Origin: Haliotis rubra
Lineage: Eukaryota
DNA length: 64,000 nucleotides
Assembly: GCF_003918875.1 (NCBI RefSeq)
Contig: NW_025766747.1
Span: 1,116,001-1,180,000, forward strand
Reading direction: 5' to 3'
The notes below the pieces were generated by a model. That model was not told the DNA's origin. It did no database searches and saw only the letters and a program-made list of their open reading frames with translations. The first letter of the stretch is position 1; each line of letters starts with the position of its first letter. The position numbers were made by a program, and so were the translations under genes. This document shows, in pieces, positions 17,301 to 29,500 of this stretch.

Positions 17301-20278
17301 TAAGCCTGAAAATGTTCACTACTTTCACCAAGTTTTCTAACTGAGTAAATGAAGAAATTCTGTGTTGCTGTTAAAAATTCTGGATATATTTGGAAACTGT
17401 TAGAAAGGATGATCCAGTCGACTAAGGCGCCGTATGCAGAGTTGTGTCCCCAGGGCACGCAAGGAAACTATGATCGTTGGTTCGAAAACCCAATAGCCTC
17501 TAACATATTTCGGGGTTTGACAGCACTACACCCATGCATGAGGGTCTAATATTTCCTTCAGCTAGGGATTTCTGAACACTGAGGAAGATTATAATTCATG
17601 AAAATAGTTCAAACATTGCAACTTCATTCAATACACTTCACGTTCTCACCATCTACAAATGAGTGGGCAATCCTTTTCACGTCTTCTATTTTCTCCATCA
17701 TGCTCTCTGATGCATCCAGACATAATATTGTATCCAGCGAATCAGCTCGTGGTGGAACTGGCACTTCTGACATAATGTAAAAATAGCGAATGGGTGTAAA
17801 GATATGGATATGTCATTTATAGGTTACAAACCCGCCTATCCAACTGATGTGAATCATGTCCTGTCACAAATGTTAACAATACATGTTGGTAATACTTTTT
17901 GAAAGCTTTACTATTGTCGCGAATATTTTACTCGTCATCGGAACAACTTTTGAGCCTAAAGAGTCACATGACTTACGACAAACGAACACGTCGGAACTAT
18001 CCGCCATTGTTCTTATTGAATCTAACATGATCTGAATCTGTACATATGAAGATGTAGAGATAAGTCTTCGTGGCAAAAATACACACCATCCATCTTTGCT
18101 CTTTCGACAGCTTCAGTCAGTCTGAGTATCTGTAGATCTTCTTCAGCACCACCACCTCGAGCATGTCTCATCAATGCCATCATACCTTCAGATACGTTGC
18201 CTGTTCAACGAAACAACTTAACAATATCAGTGCTCTGAAAGTCCCCTTTTGGTGTAAAAGATGTTATTAAAGATAAAAATCACATCCATAACCGTTTACA
18301 ACATATGTACCTTCTTTCATTTTAACTGTCGTCCGATCTGGCGAAAACGCAGTGCCCTGGGAGGATCTGAGGCAAAACAATATACATAAAATTTAGTGTG
18401 ATCTGTCAACCATATTATTTATTCGAGGAAAATGGATCTCATCGTCAGTAACATTGGATTTGAGATCAGTATCATTTCGGGCTGTGAACAAGTACATTAA
18501 ATACATTAAAAAAGAAACATGAAAACCAACAAATGTAGAAGATACTTACGTCTCTTGGGATTGGAATGATGGTGATGGTAGTTTCTTGTGATCTGCATCC
18601 GCTTGATCCGAGGAAGGTTGTTTGAGTTCCAGTTTTGGTAAAACATTTGCATATTCACCAACCGCGGCTTCACCCTTGAGACTGATTAACATGAGAAAAT
18701 AGTCATTATTTAAGTAAACATATACATAGAACTTTCTGAAGTACCGAACGGACACCACTCACCTTTCAGCCAGATCTGCTTTACTGACTGGTATTCTTGC
18801 CCCTCCTTGTTGCAAGTTTGGGAGTGGAGATGGATTTGTGTTAGATACTGCAAGCCGAAGCTGTTTCATTTGTGAATCGATAGGCAGACCACGGTCTGGT
18901 ATGGTGTTGGGTGAGGATGGAGATCTCTTCATGGATTCTGTTCGCATCTTCAGATCTTCCTCAATGCCAGCCAGCATGCTTAGGATCTCATTAAGTTCAC
19001 TCTGATCTGCGGATTCAACATCACGTAAATAATTACCTTTGGATATTCACATGCTTTACTTTTATTTCATGTAAGATATGTCCATCCTCATTTGAATGGT
19101 ATAAGGCTGAAACTTACATCACATAATCTACTACAAACATACCAGTATTTCTTCGATTCTCCTGCGACGACCCCCTTGTCATGAAAGTGGACCTCATACT
19201 TGAAGAGGCAAGAGATCTGAAATTTATATTCATACCTGTCATTTCTAAAACATATCTCAACAATAATCTCCACATAAAAGGTGATGGAAAGACCCTGTAC
19301 CTATATAAAAATGTAATAACCATTCCTCAAGAAAGGTTTAACCACTCATTTCCACATTATTACCATGGTAACAATTAAACTAATATGGAAGATTCAGGTG
19401 TGCTTTAACTTATTGTGAGCAGCATAGTATGTCAATGCTAGTATTAATATTGTGTGGAACAGGACAAGACGTTTCATATTGATATAATATTTCATAATTC
19501 CTGCCGGCTTTGTTCCGCAGCAGATGACCAATGCTTTTCAAGGTCCCTTTGAGTTGCCTCGTCCATGTTGTATCTCAGGTGCTCCACATCACCAGTTTCA
19601 AAGATATCCAGTGACACTTCTGGTACAGTTTTTGTACAGTCAAATACCAAGTCTTTGAACATTTTCTCTAGATTAGTCCTCCCTTCTATCATACTTTGCA
19701 GTGAACATTCATCCTGATGAACCACCTCAAAAAGAGTGGACTTTGGAGTGACGGCAACTACCATTGCCTTGTATTCCTTATACACATTTGCAACAAACTT
19801 TCTGCAGTGGTTGAAATTGTCCTCTTCAAGACCTGAACACATTGAGTTTTGGAACGAAGGGGGCAAATATGTTATGCTAAATTGTAGCTTGGTAAATTTT
19901 AGTGTTGCTGACAGATTAAGATCATTCCAGACGAATGTGAGGAGCCTTTGCTTTTGTTCGTGATCTGAAAGGAATAAATGAAAATTGTATATACACCTGT
20001 CATAAATCATTAAAAAATGCAAAGGAATTCCTGTCATGCTTGCCTACTTTTTAGAAGATAAATGTTTTAAAAAAAAACTTGTAACGTGTATGAGCGATTA
20101 ATAGAAACTCTACATTTGGTTCACCTTGTAGACCCACGTCTAGTACATGGATGTCCACTATGGTACAGCACTGCCCAAGTTTCACAAGTCTGTTCCCTTC
20201 CACCTTTCTGAAATGTACCTCTTCTGCGACCAGACTGCCATGACTATGAAGGTGCCCAGAAGCATTTTCTAGAGACAT
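11301..20278 (-). CDS. Paralogue A: multi-exon gene, N-terminal unannotated domain - VWA - 2x MIB/HERC2 - WWE protein
   Basis: Exons 5'->3' (approx.): 20278-20125 (putative ATG MSLEN), 19963-~19505 (N-domain), 19217-19143, 19006-18763, 18675-18549, 18366-18311, 18200-18087, 17860-17828, 17766-17650 (DTILCLDASES MIDAS), 17305-17183 (GLEDIAEQYGLEENVAVV), 15910-15836, 15709-15587 (RVLFITDG), 15409-15305 (PIIWIPVG), 14919-14830, 14590-14471, 14088-13889 (PPLGSRVMRGPEWMWKNQDTEGPGTI, MIB/HERC2 #1), 13782-13638, 13289-13204 (GPHW..DGGEGSTGVV, MIB/HERC2 #2), 12705-12635 (VRWDNG), 12379-12297, 11882-11729 (VWQWQDGAGQWRLY, WWE), 11504-11431, 11365-11301 (TAA). Phases are compatible except for an uncertain donor after the N-domain exon. 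The start codon is uncertain. Confidence 0.85.
12075..12233 (+). mobile_element. tRNA-derived SINE (family 1)
   Basis: A-box-like TAGCCTAGTGG, B-box GGTTCGATTCC, a body shared with the copies at 40530 and 45192, and a (CACT)n tail. Confidence 0.85.
16100..17020 (-). mobile_element. Decayed mariner-type transposase fossil in an intron of gene A
   Basis: Frameshifted fragments match mariner transposase motifs in order: EFKR..LEDDPRSG..TAITKEIDDKV, KKAESVPSAGK(deletion)GILLLD, LRENIK, an HPP(Y)SP-like segment and DAVMTAVVDL. Many stops and deletions; TIRs not resolved. Confidence 0.8.
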
Positions 20279-20631
20279 TTTCTCCGCTGTGGTCACTGTA
20301 GGTCTTTTTCCTGTAATTGATTTGAATATACAATGTGGTCAGTATTTTGTACAGACTGTTCTTCATCTTTCCGTAGTTGAGTACGTGTATCTGCATATTC
20401 CTTGGTGCCGTATCAAGATTATATCACGCTGAATCCTCTATGAACATATTTATGGCTATGTTTACGGCTGTCACAGGACACCGGATGACAAGAAAGCAAA
20501 TGTGTGAATATTGTCTCAGTTCCTTCATATCATGCCTCAACTCAACCCCAGACCCCTTTAATAACCACATGGGCCAAAGGATCGCATGGAGTATGATATA
20601 TAAACTGACATAACCCTATCACATACCATAG

Positions 20632-20900
20632 CATCAGAATGTAATGCACTTTCACCGACATGTCAATGTAATGCACTTTCACCGACATGTCAATGTAATG
20701 CACTTTCACCGACATGTCAATGTAATGCACTTTCACCTATATGTCAGTGATATGCACTTTCACCTTCATGTCAATGTAACGCACTTCACCTACATGTCAC
20801 GGTAATGCACTTTCACCTTCATGTCAATGTTATGCACTTTCACCTTCATGTCAATGCTATGCACAATCACCTACATGTCAATGTAATGCACTTTCACCTC
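20632..20900. repeat. 27-bp minisatellite (ATGTCAATGTAATGCACTTTCACCGAC)
   Basis: About 10 tandem copies; gives the MSVKVHYID and HFHLHVNVM pseudo-ORFs. Confidence 0.9.
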
Positions 20901-21615
20901 TTTCAAAAGCAAGGCATGTTATTCCAGTTTCTTTCCAGCTTGCATGATATGCATCACCATTTAAAATCCGTTGATACGTTATGTTTTACCGGAATGAGGT
21001 GTGATACGGATCTAGTTATAACACTCCATGTGATGGGGACGTATCTGTGTTGCCTGTATGGCGCATGCAAAATGTCTCCAGTCATTGATAAATATATGAT
21101 AGTTATAGTTTGGCCTCTCTGTGGAACGTATTACATAGTGAGACTAGATATTCAGAATAACAAAATGAATGTTTTCGCAATGGCTACGAATCTCGACAGT
21201 GATATACGCATACTTGTTGACGAATAAAGAGTCGGTTACCTCCCTTGCACTAGCCAAGCACACACAAGACCGTCATAGATACGTCTTTCTACAAATCACG
21301 TCCTGGGTAAGTGGTATTAATACATTTCTTCGTGGATAATTTCCTATAGTTTCATTTACGAATTGGTCATGGCCATCTGTAGGTCATGAACCTTCTTTAT
21401 ACTTTGAATATTGTGAATAGGACCATTGTGCTATTACAAGTAGGATATGACTCTGGCCCTATCATGTCCGAACACACTTTGTAATAGTTTCATATTATTC
21501 GTATTATTCCAAGTAGAGGTTTAAAAGCAATATCTACTCACAGTTTTTAAGGTGAAGGTTGTAATTCCTACAGCGAAGTAATGTAGCAATCAGGAGGATA
21601 TCATCCACCACTAAC

Positions 21616-21637
21616 GGGAAATCCCCACCTATAAATA
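21616..21637 (+). promoter_or_regulatory. NF-kB/Rel-type site (GGGAAATCCCC) immediately followed by a TATA box (TATAAATA), between divergent genes A and B
   Basis: Motifs are seen directly at 21616-21626 and 21630-21637. A plus-strand donor CAG|GTAAGT at 21937 is a candidate first exon of B, and a minus-strand donor GAG|GTAACC near 21240 is a candidate first exon of A. Confidence 0.55.
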
Positions 21638-22162
21638 TCTGTCCCTTGAGAGTGAGTTGGCGAAGTGCCAGAAACACGTGATCGAGAAATCAACAACGCA
21701 CGGTATGCTTTGACCTATTTCTTTCTCCAAAATACGTCGAAGTGTCACTGATATCGTTTCGTGAACAGATCGGTGAAAAGAGTCGAGCTGACCTATCGAC
21801 AGCGAGAGACACAATACGTGCTGTAATACACCACAATGGGAGCACATGAGCAGTGATAGCTGAGTCCTCTCGTACATTTGTGTAATATTGGGAGAGTTGC
21901 GTCCCTTCATCCATACATACGTTTCGACTTTTCCAGGTAAGTCAAATTGAAACGTGCTTAAGAGAAATTAATAGTGCCTTGATCTCTGACTCATTGTCTT
22001 TTGGGACATGAAGAAATATATTAGTCAGCTTTCTACATGCAAAGTCTTGTTTCTGAAGCCAATGTACAATTAGTTACAAAGATTTGTATTTTCTTTGATA
22101 GGGAACTTAGTACTATGCATTTTACAGAGAAGCCCAGTACAAATGACATTTAGTCTTATATA

Positions 22163-22346
22163 CAGGGACAGATCCAGGATTTTGGACATGGGGGTTGCAC
22201 ATCAATCATGAAGTAGAAAGGTTAGGAGGAAATGGTCCTCAGGGAAATGTTTTCGGGAAGAAGGGGGCGGGGGGTTGGTGCATGCACAGACACATCATCA
22301 TCATCATCATCACCACCAACAACAACAACAACTGGGTCCGCCCCTG
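22163..22346. mobile_element. Short MITE-like element with an internal (CAT)n(CAA)n microsatellite
   Basis: Imperfect terminal inverted repeats CAGGGACAGATCCA / TGGGTCCGCCCCTG. Confidence 0.55.
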
Positions 22347-23409
22347 ATGTATGGTGGTATGGGATGTAATCATGTCGGACACTATTCATGTGGACATATA
22401 ACGTACTGGTTTATGATGCGTGCTATCTGCATTGAAGGTCGGTCTGTGTATGTAGTTGTATGTACAGTTAAAAACTATCGCTGTAACAGCAGCCATGCAT
22501 GTGTGCTGGAGGTGTTGGGTTATCAGTTCCCAACATGACTGAACTGATAACTAGAATAACAGTTTCAAAGTTGATATTTGAGCGTTGATGTGATACTTCA
22601 GTGTTGACTGTTCGGCTAGCTCTCCACCATTTCAGTAAGTGCTCTGATGTAATATATATCCCGTGGGTGTTAATGCACGGAGTTGGTTCACGTACTGAAC
22701 ACATTCCAGATGGGAGTCGGGTGGACAGGTTTCATTGAGCAGCAGAATATATACACCGACAGCATCTTTGGGCTGTCTACAAACCACCAACTAATACCAA
22801 ACAACATAATACTTGATAGTACATGCGTTCTGGCATAACTTATATAAAGAATTATTTCAAATGTAACTTATGTTAATGCATGATCTTGTACTGTTGATAT
22901 ATTTTAGGTATGTCAGTATTAAGGGATTTTTTCTCTGGAAATGATTCAAGTGATTCAGGTGATTTACTCTATCAAAGAAAGTGTTTTTCATTTAGACCTA
23001 AAAGTCGCACACATGACACAGTGCGGGGATGATGTGTAACGACTGAAGAGGGAACTCCGGAATTAATGTCAGGTTCCTCTGGATCCCCATCTGTACACAT
23101 GGAGGGGTGCTGTGACATAACTATAACCAGGCACTTATGGAAGTTCCTGGAAGATGGGCATAACCGTTCAGGTAATGGTGGGCTGGATAGGTAGACTTTT
23201 TTCTCACGACAGGAAGTGGGGGAAGGGCATGTCAGGAGACAACTCCCGACCCTCATGAATAGAATAAATATAACACTGTGACCAACACCAACATACAATA
23301 ACTTAAATAGTATTTCAGTTAGTTTATAAAAGACGTTTATATTCACTATGGAATCAGTATATGTCAAGAACAACAAATATACTCCAAAGTCGTTACTGGA
23401 TGTGGATGC

Positions 23410-23500
23410 TGAAGTGAGTGAGTTTGGTTTTAAGCCGCTTTTAGCAATTCCAGCAATATCACGTCGGGGGGCACCAGAAATGAGCTTGGCACATTCATGT
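23410..23500 (-). mobile_element. 3' fragment of SINE family 1
   Basis: GTGAGTGAGTTTGGTTTTAAGCCGCTTTTAGCAATTCCAGCAATATCACG is the reverse complement of the SINE 3' end and tail. Confidence 0.75.
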
Positions 23501-23571
23501 TGAATCAAACAAAACATATGCAATAGATACAAAGTATCGTACAGCTGCTTATACAGCATTCCTTGTTTTAG

Positions 23572-26500
23572 AGAGATGCCCCGCCGTGGCCTTTATCCGC
23601 TGTGACTGGGCGGATGGCGGGAGCAAGAACCGTTCTGTCACACATACTACACGATGGAAGCTTCATGTCTGTGCACCGGACACTCAACAAACCGATGAAA
23701 GTGATGTTTTTCGACTTTTAGGGAGTGACACCTTTACCCACCTGCATCATTTTACAGATAGGTTGTGGAAGGAACATGACACTGAACTGACTCATATTGA
23801 AAGAGGTTTGATATTCGCATGTCAACACAGACAGTATTCTGAGGAAAAGATGGATGGATTCAAGCGAAACATATTGGCGTCCTTTCAACATCTCATCAAT
23901 ACACCCTCCACACACAGGAACTATGCTGTGTCGCTAGAATTGTATGTTGTCTTAATCGGCATATGAAAACAGACTAACAATGAAATGTAATGTTATGGTC
24001 AAATTCACAATAGCGCTCAAAACAGTAAACATATTGATTAAATGAGTTATCTGTTTTTACCTATGGGGCGTCAGAACTCAACTGCTTCGTGTGTATATTC
24101 AAATCAAAATATGAGACAAGCATGATAATGTTTCAAACAGTTATAGTTACTGTTAATCACATCCCTGTCCATGATTCAGGCTTGAAGAAAAGAGCGGCTA
24201 TGACAACGGCGGCAGAACGTCAACGTTATCAGGTATGTCCGGTTGCACGCTCTCAGTGTAATGTAAATAATTGTCATCAGGTACATAATCTATAGTTTCA
24301 TGTTCTGCTTTCAGTCACCCGTAACGGAATGTTTCCCATTCTTGTCTCAAAACATGCATCTATTTCCACAGACACACAGCTAGAGCTACAAAGGATTGAA
24401 GACCGACTTCAAGAACGAATGTCTTGCGAACTTAGAAACATGGAAAACCTTGTCCGCACTCTGATTCAGACAAATCAAACTTATATGGAAGGAGAGGTCC
24501 GGAACATTGCACTGGCTGTACGTTCAGAACCAGATGAACGTGACGCAATACAAGTGTCCACTGAAGGGGTTGCCAGTGTACATGGACACGTCCTTGAAGC
24601 CGATGAACGTGACGCAATACAAGTGTCCACTGAAGGGGTTGCCAGTGTACATGGACACGTCCTTGAAGCCGATGAACGTGACGCAACACCGTTGTCCACT
24701 GAAGGGGTTGCCAGTGTACATGGACACGTCCTTGAAGCCGATAAACGTGACGCAACACCGGTGTCCACTGAAGGGGTTTCTAATGTCCAAGGACACGTTC
24801 CTGAAACAGATGCAGGAGCACCACCGAAGGGAGACCCTGCCAGGTCCGGGGGCACCAGTGTTAACGATCAGCGGGAGTCACCAGTTCCTGAAACTACAGA
24901 TAGGTAGGTATAAAAATGACGAACAGTATGAGATGTTTAATAGAAAAAATGTGATGTGTTCAGATGATTGCTATTACATCAGAACCTGTTCCTTGAAGCA
25001 GGTTTACCATTAATGGGTTAAACTTCACAAATTCTCGTTCAACAAAAGTGAATGATTTGAATATCTGATTTATATCCGCAGCTATCGAGACAACAGAGCT
25101 GAGGGAGGTAACGACAACGGGTTAGAAGAAATGCCTGGTTCTCGTGACGTGGATCAAAACATTGTACCAACGACAGGCCTTGATGATACATTGGAGACAC
25201 ATACATCATGGCTGAGGTATTTAGTACGTCATGAGAAACCTAGATGTTAACATATGCTCTCCGCCGGATACTGCTTTCTCGCAAATGTTTCAAAGTATTT
25301 ACATGTACTTTTGATAAACTCACAAAATATACCATCTGATCATAATGTGAAATATAGTTGCGGGCAACGATGAGGTCTCCTTGGCTTTACTTTCTATCTA
25401 TTGTATCTGAGGGCTAGATATCATCGTCCAAAACGGAGCCAGAACACATGTTTCAACAGGTGAGCGGATCTTCCAAATACAGCCGGGGTCACGGGGGTCA
25501 TGTACTTTTTTAAGAAGTTCCGGAGAAGAAATAGTTCCCTCTTTAAAAGGCTGTATCTCAGTTGTTCTTGGGTCTACGTTCAAAACAATTAGTGTTCTGG
25601 AATCACCAGGACATCATCTACCATACTGGCAGAATGGCAGAATTTGCACATTTTGGGAGCAAACTACTCAGAAAAACTGAAAACAAAAATAACTGCCAAA
25701 CGGTACGTTTTAGCGACTTGACCTGTCCAGGCAAAATTGTTGGGTATTCGATTGTGCATCTGTGCAAGAAATTTGGAAGTGTTGGAACAATTAGTTCTTG
25801 AAATATTTGCTGTCAAACGTTAAAAGTTTGGAATTAATTTTGAATTATCACCCTTTTGCTATTGGGCCAAGAGCCTAGAGATTTTTAAGGGGGAATATCT
25901 ACACCTCGGTGCGCATCTGTGTGATTTTTTGTAAGTGATTCGGAGCATTGGCTTAGGAGTTATGTTTGGTACAAAAATCGGCGGAATAATAAATAATAAT
26001 AATAATCCGAACGATTACAATAGGTCTCCTGCCCAGAGGCAAGGAGCCCTAATTAACCGAATATTGATTATTGCCTTTCATTAATGTAAATAGTGTATAA
26101 ACATCAACTATTTTCATGCAAGATAACTTCCTTGATCATGTATTTTATAACTGGGATTTTCCTGGCTGGGATTTTCCTGGGATTAACGTTGACCTTCCGG
26201 CTCTCTGTATGACATACTTAGATACAGCTGTATGACATACTTAGATACAGCTAGTGTTTGCTAGACATTAGGTGCCGCACTGAGGGAAATTGTATTGATT
26301 GTCAAACCTTGTTGTTTCAGTTCGGAGAATATCCAGCAAATGTCACCAAGCGAAATAATAAGCAGTAAGAACGTCACATTCTCTCATAGTTTTATTTTAC
26401 TGCGTTACAGTGTAACCTGTGCCCGGTTTCAGTAAAGTACATTAATGACTGTTTACATGGACTTGTATAATTTATATAATAATATATGATATTTTACACA

Positions 26501-29500
26501 TCTGGACACAATGATACAGTTGTTTGAAGAATACCTCTGAGGAGTTAATGTTCACCTTTTAAGCATGTGTGAGGTTCTTATTGTTTAGAGAACTATTATG
26601 AAGCCCAACAACTGCTAACAGCTCTGACCATAAATCTCGACGGATGGAAAAGGTTGACAGAGGCAACTGCACTGGCCCTGGAAGCTGGTATGCATTTCTT
26701 CATTCATATATATTTGTGTGGTTGTAGATATATATATACTAAGCAGCAAAAGAAACGTCAGTTTGGAATTTTCCTTCGCAGAAACGGATAACTGTAAACT
26801 CATTTAATGTTTTGATTGTATATTTTTGACAACATCTTCAACTTTACCTGAGCAAAGACATTCCTTCCCAAACTCAGAATGGAACCCAGGAAATGGTCTC
26901 AGAAACGCAACATGATCTCGGAGATGGTACGGTGTTCTCCATGCTGCACGTGCTGTTCACAAGACCAGCCCTATAAAATGCACCCCAAAACCTGGTTGAA
27001 CATTACAACGCCAGCAGGATGCCGCGACTCACGACAGCTCAGAGGAACCAGGCGCTAGGAAGACTTGAAGCTGGCCACACTGCACAAGCCGTTGCCAATC
27101 ACTTCCAGGTCACCGTTCGGACCATCTACAGGCTGCAGCAACGTTTCCGGGCCACCGACACCTCAAATGATCGCCTCCCGTACTGGCAGACCAAGGGTGA
27201 CCACAAGACGACAAGACCGCCATGTTGTGCGACAGCATGTACAGAATCCCTTCATGCAGGCATCCGAAACAGCATGCCAGACAGTGGGAACACACGGAAG
27301 ACCAGTCAGTACTGATACAGTACGCCGACGTCTTAACAGCTGGAGCCTCCATTGCCGTGGACCTTACCGTGGACCTATCCTCACCCCTCGTCATCGGCGT
27401 GAACGTCTAAAGTTTGCCCTACAACACCAAAACTGGTGATACAGGCAGTGGAGAACTGTTCTGTTCACGGATGAGAGTCGGTACTGCGTATCAACTGAGT
27501 CTCATGGGGAGGTGCAAGCATCATGGTATGGGGTGGAATAGGCCTGAACCAGAGAGTGGGCCCTGTGGTGTTACAGAACCTTGGTCCAGGGAGAGGAGGC
27601 GGCATCACAGCGGTGCGCTACATCGACCAAGCTCTCAGACCCCACGTCATACCACATTTCGCAAGTCACTGGAACAACATTTTCCAGTATGATAACGCCC
27701 GGGCCCACGCCCCAGAGCTACACGGGACTTCCTTCAGCAGAACGGTGTCAACATTATGCAGTGGTCAGCCCTTAGTCCTGATTTAAACCCAATTGAACAT
27801 CTTTGGGATGAAATTCAGAGGAGACTGAATAATGTCATACCAAGGCCGAACACACCCGATTTATTGTGCCAGGCCTTTCTCAGAGTGTGGTTCCAGGTGC
27901 CAATGGCCTTCATCAATGGATTGGTGCACTCCATGCATACACGCTGTGCTGCAGTTATTGCCGCTCGTGGTGGTCACACTAGATACTGAAGTCAAGGGTC
28001 TCAATGGGCTGCAAACGTTCACGTAATGACTTGAAATTGTGCTGAGTCATTCATTGATGTGTCAGGATATTGTACACAAAAGATGTTTTTGATCTGCTTA
28101 TTATGTCCATTTCTGTAATGATTTGATTACAGTGCCTATCTAATTTTGAATTCATACTGACGTTTTTCTTGCTGCTGAGTATATATGTACTGATTCACCC
28201 TTTGCTAAGGATCAAATCTATGATGTGGGGTCTAATTTGGTTTAAATATCTAAGCTTATTGTAAGCATGGATCCTAGGTTTCAGTATGCCATTTCATCTT
28301 GTGGATCCCATACCTGCTATTGACAGGTGTTGTGTTCTTGTCAATGACTCGTTCCATGATTTGCAAAATGGTTGATTGGTGCCACGAAAACCATTTTTAT
28401 GGTTACTCGTGTATACAGTGCATAAGGTTAGAATAAAGTGACTTTTTGCCTAAAGAGGGGTTACGATATTTTTATTTTCCCAGTTTTAAATGGATACAAT
28501 TTCAAATTATAAATCTACGTTTAATTAAAGTTGTTAATTTCTGTGATCCTTAGCAAAGTGTGAGTAGTATATATTCATGATCTCCTTTGTTGTGTCTAAA
28601 ATAATATATTGCGATTTGCGCTCCTTATTATTGTGTCATTTCATAGTATATATATTTGCAGTATTTGGATATCACGCAAGTTAACATAGCGGTATCATTG
28701 ACGTTTTCATCCTATTTATCAGAGTAGGATATGGTTAATTGCGTTTATATCATCTATGGCGTGGTTCCCTTGATCGACGAACATTTGTAACACTTTATTC
28801 ATTTTACTCAAAGCCCATCCCACACCTCCAAGAACTAATTCAGCCGTCACCGTGCTGTGTGTCGATGTTTCCGAAAGTATTGGAGAAAAAGGCCTGAGAG
28901 AAATGAAGCAGACGGTCAACAGGTTTATCGATGGTACGGACACACTTCAATTCTACAGCATCTATGTCATAAATTGCACAATAGTATGTACGTGCATCTA
29001 AAGGTATTTAACAGACACCAACTCCTCACACTATCTTGATTAGATTGATTGTTCTACTAGATTCGACCTCAAAGTTACTTACAGATTGAATACACCAAGC
29101 AGGACTTAATTCTGACTAATAGCTTTCATGATGTTCTGACCAGAACAGAAACAATCAGAAGCCTCATTCTGACTACTATGTGCAATGTTATAACAAACAG
29201 AAATCTCATTTTGACTACTAGGTGCAATGCTATTATAGCAACAGAAATCTCATTCTCACTACTAGGTGCAAAGTTAAAACAAACAGAAATTTCACTGTGA
29301 CCACTAGGTGCAATGTTATAACAACAGAAATCTCATTCTCACTACTAGGTGCAAAGTTATAGCAAACAGAAATCTCACTGTGACTACTAGGTGCAATGTT
29401 CTAACAACAGAAATCTCATTCTCACTACTAGGTGCAAAGTTATAACAAACAAATCTCACTGTGACTACAAGGTGCAATGTTATAACAACAGAAATCTCAT

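Noticed and set aside
22275-22538. Poly-His/Gln ORF
   Set aside because: It comes from a (CAT)n(CAA)n microsatellite within a MITE-like element.
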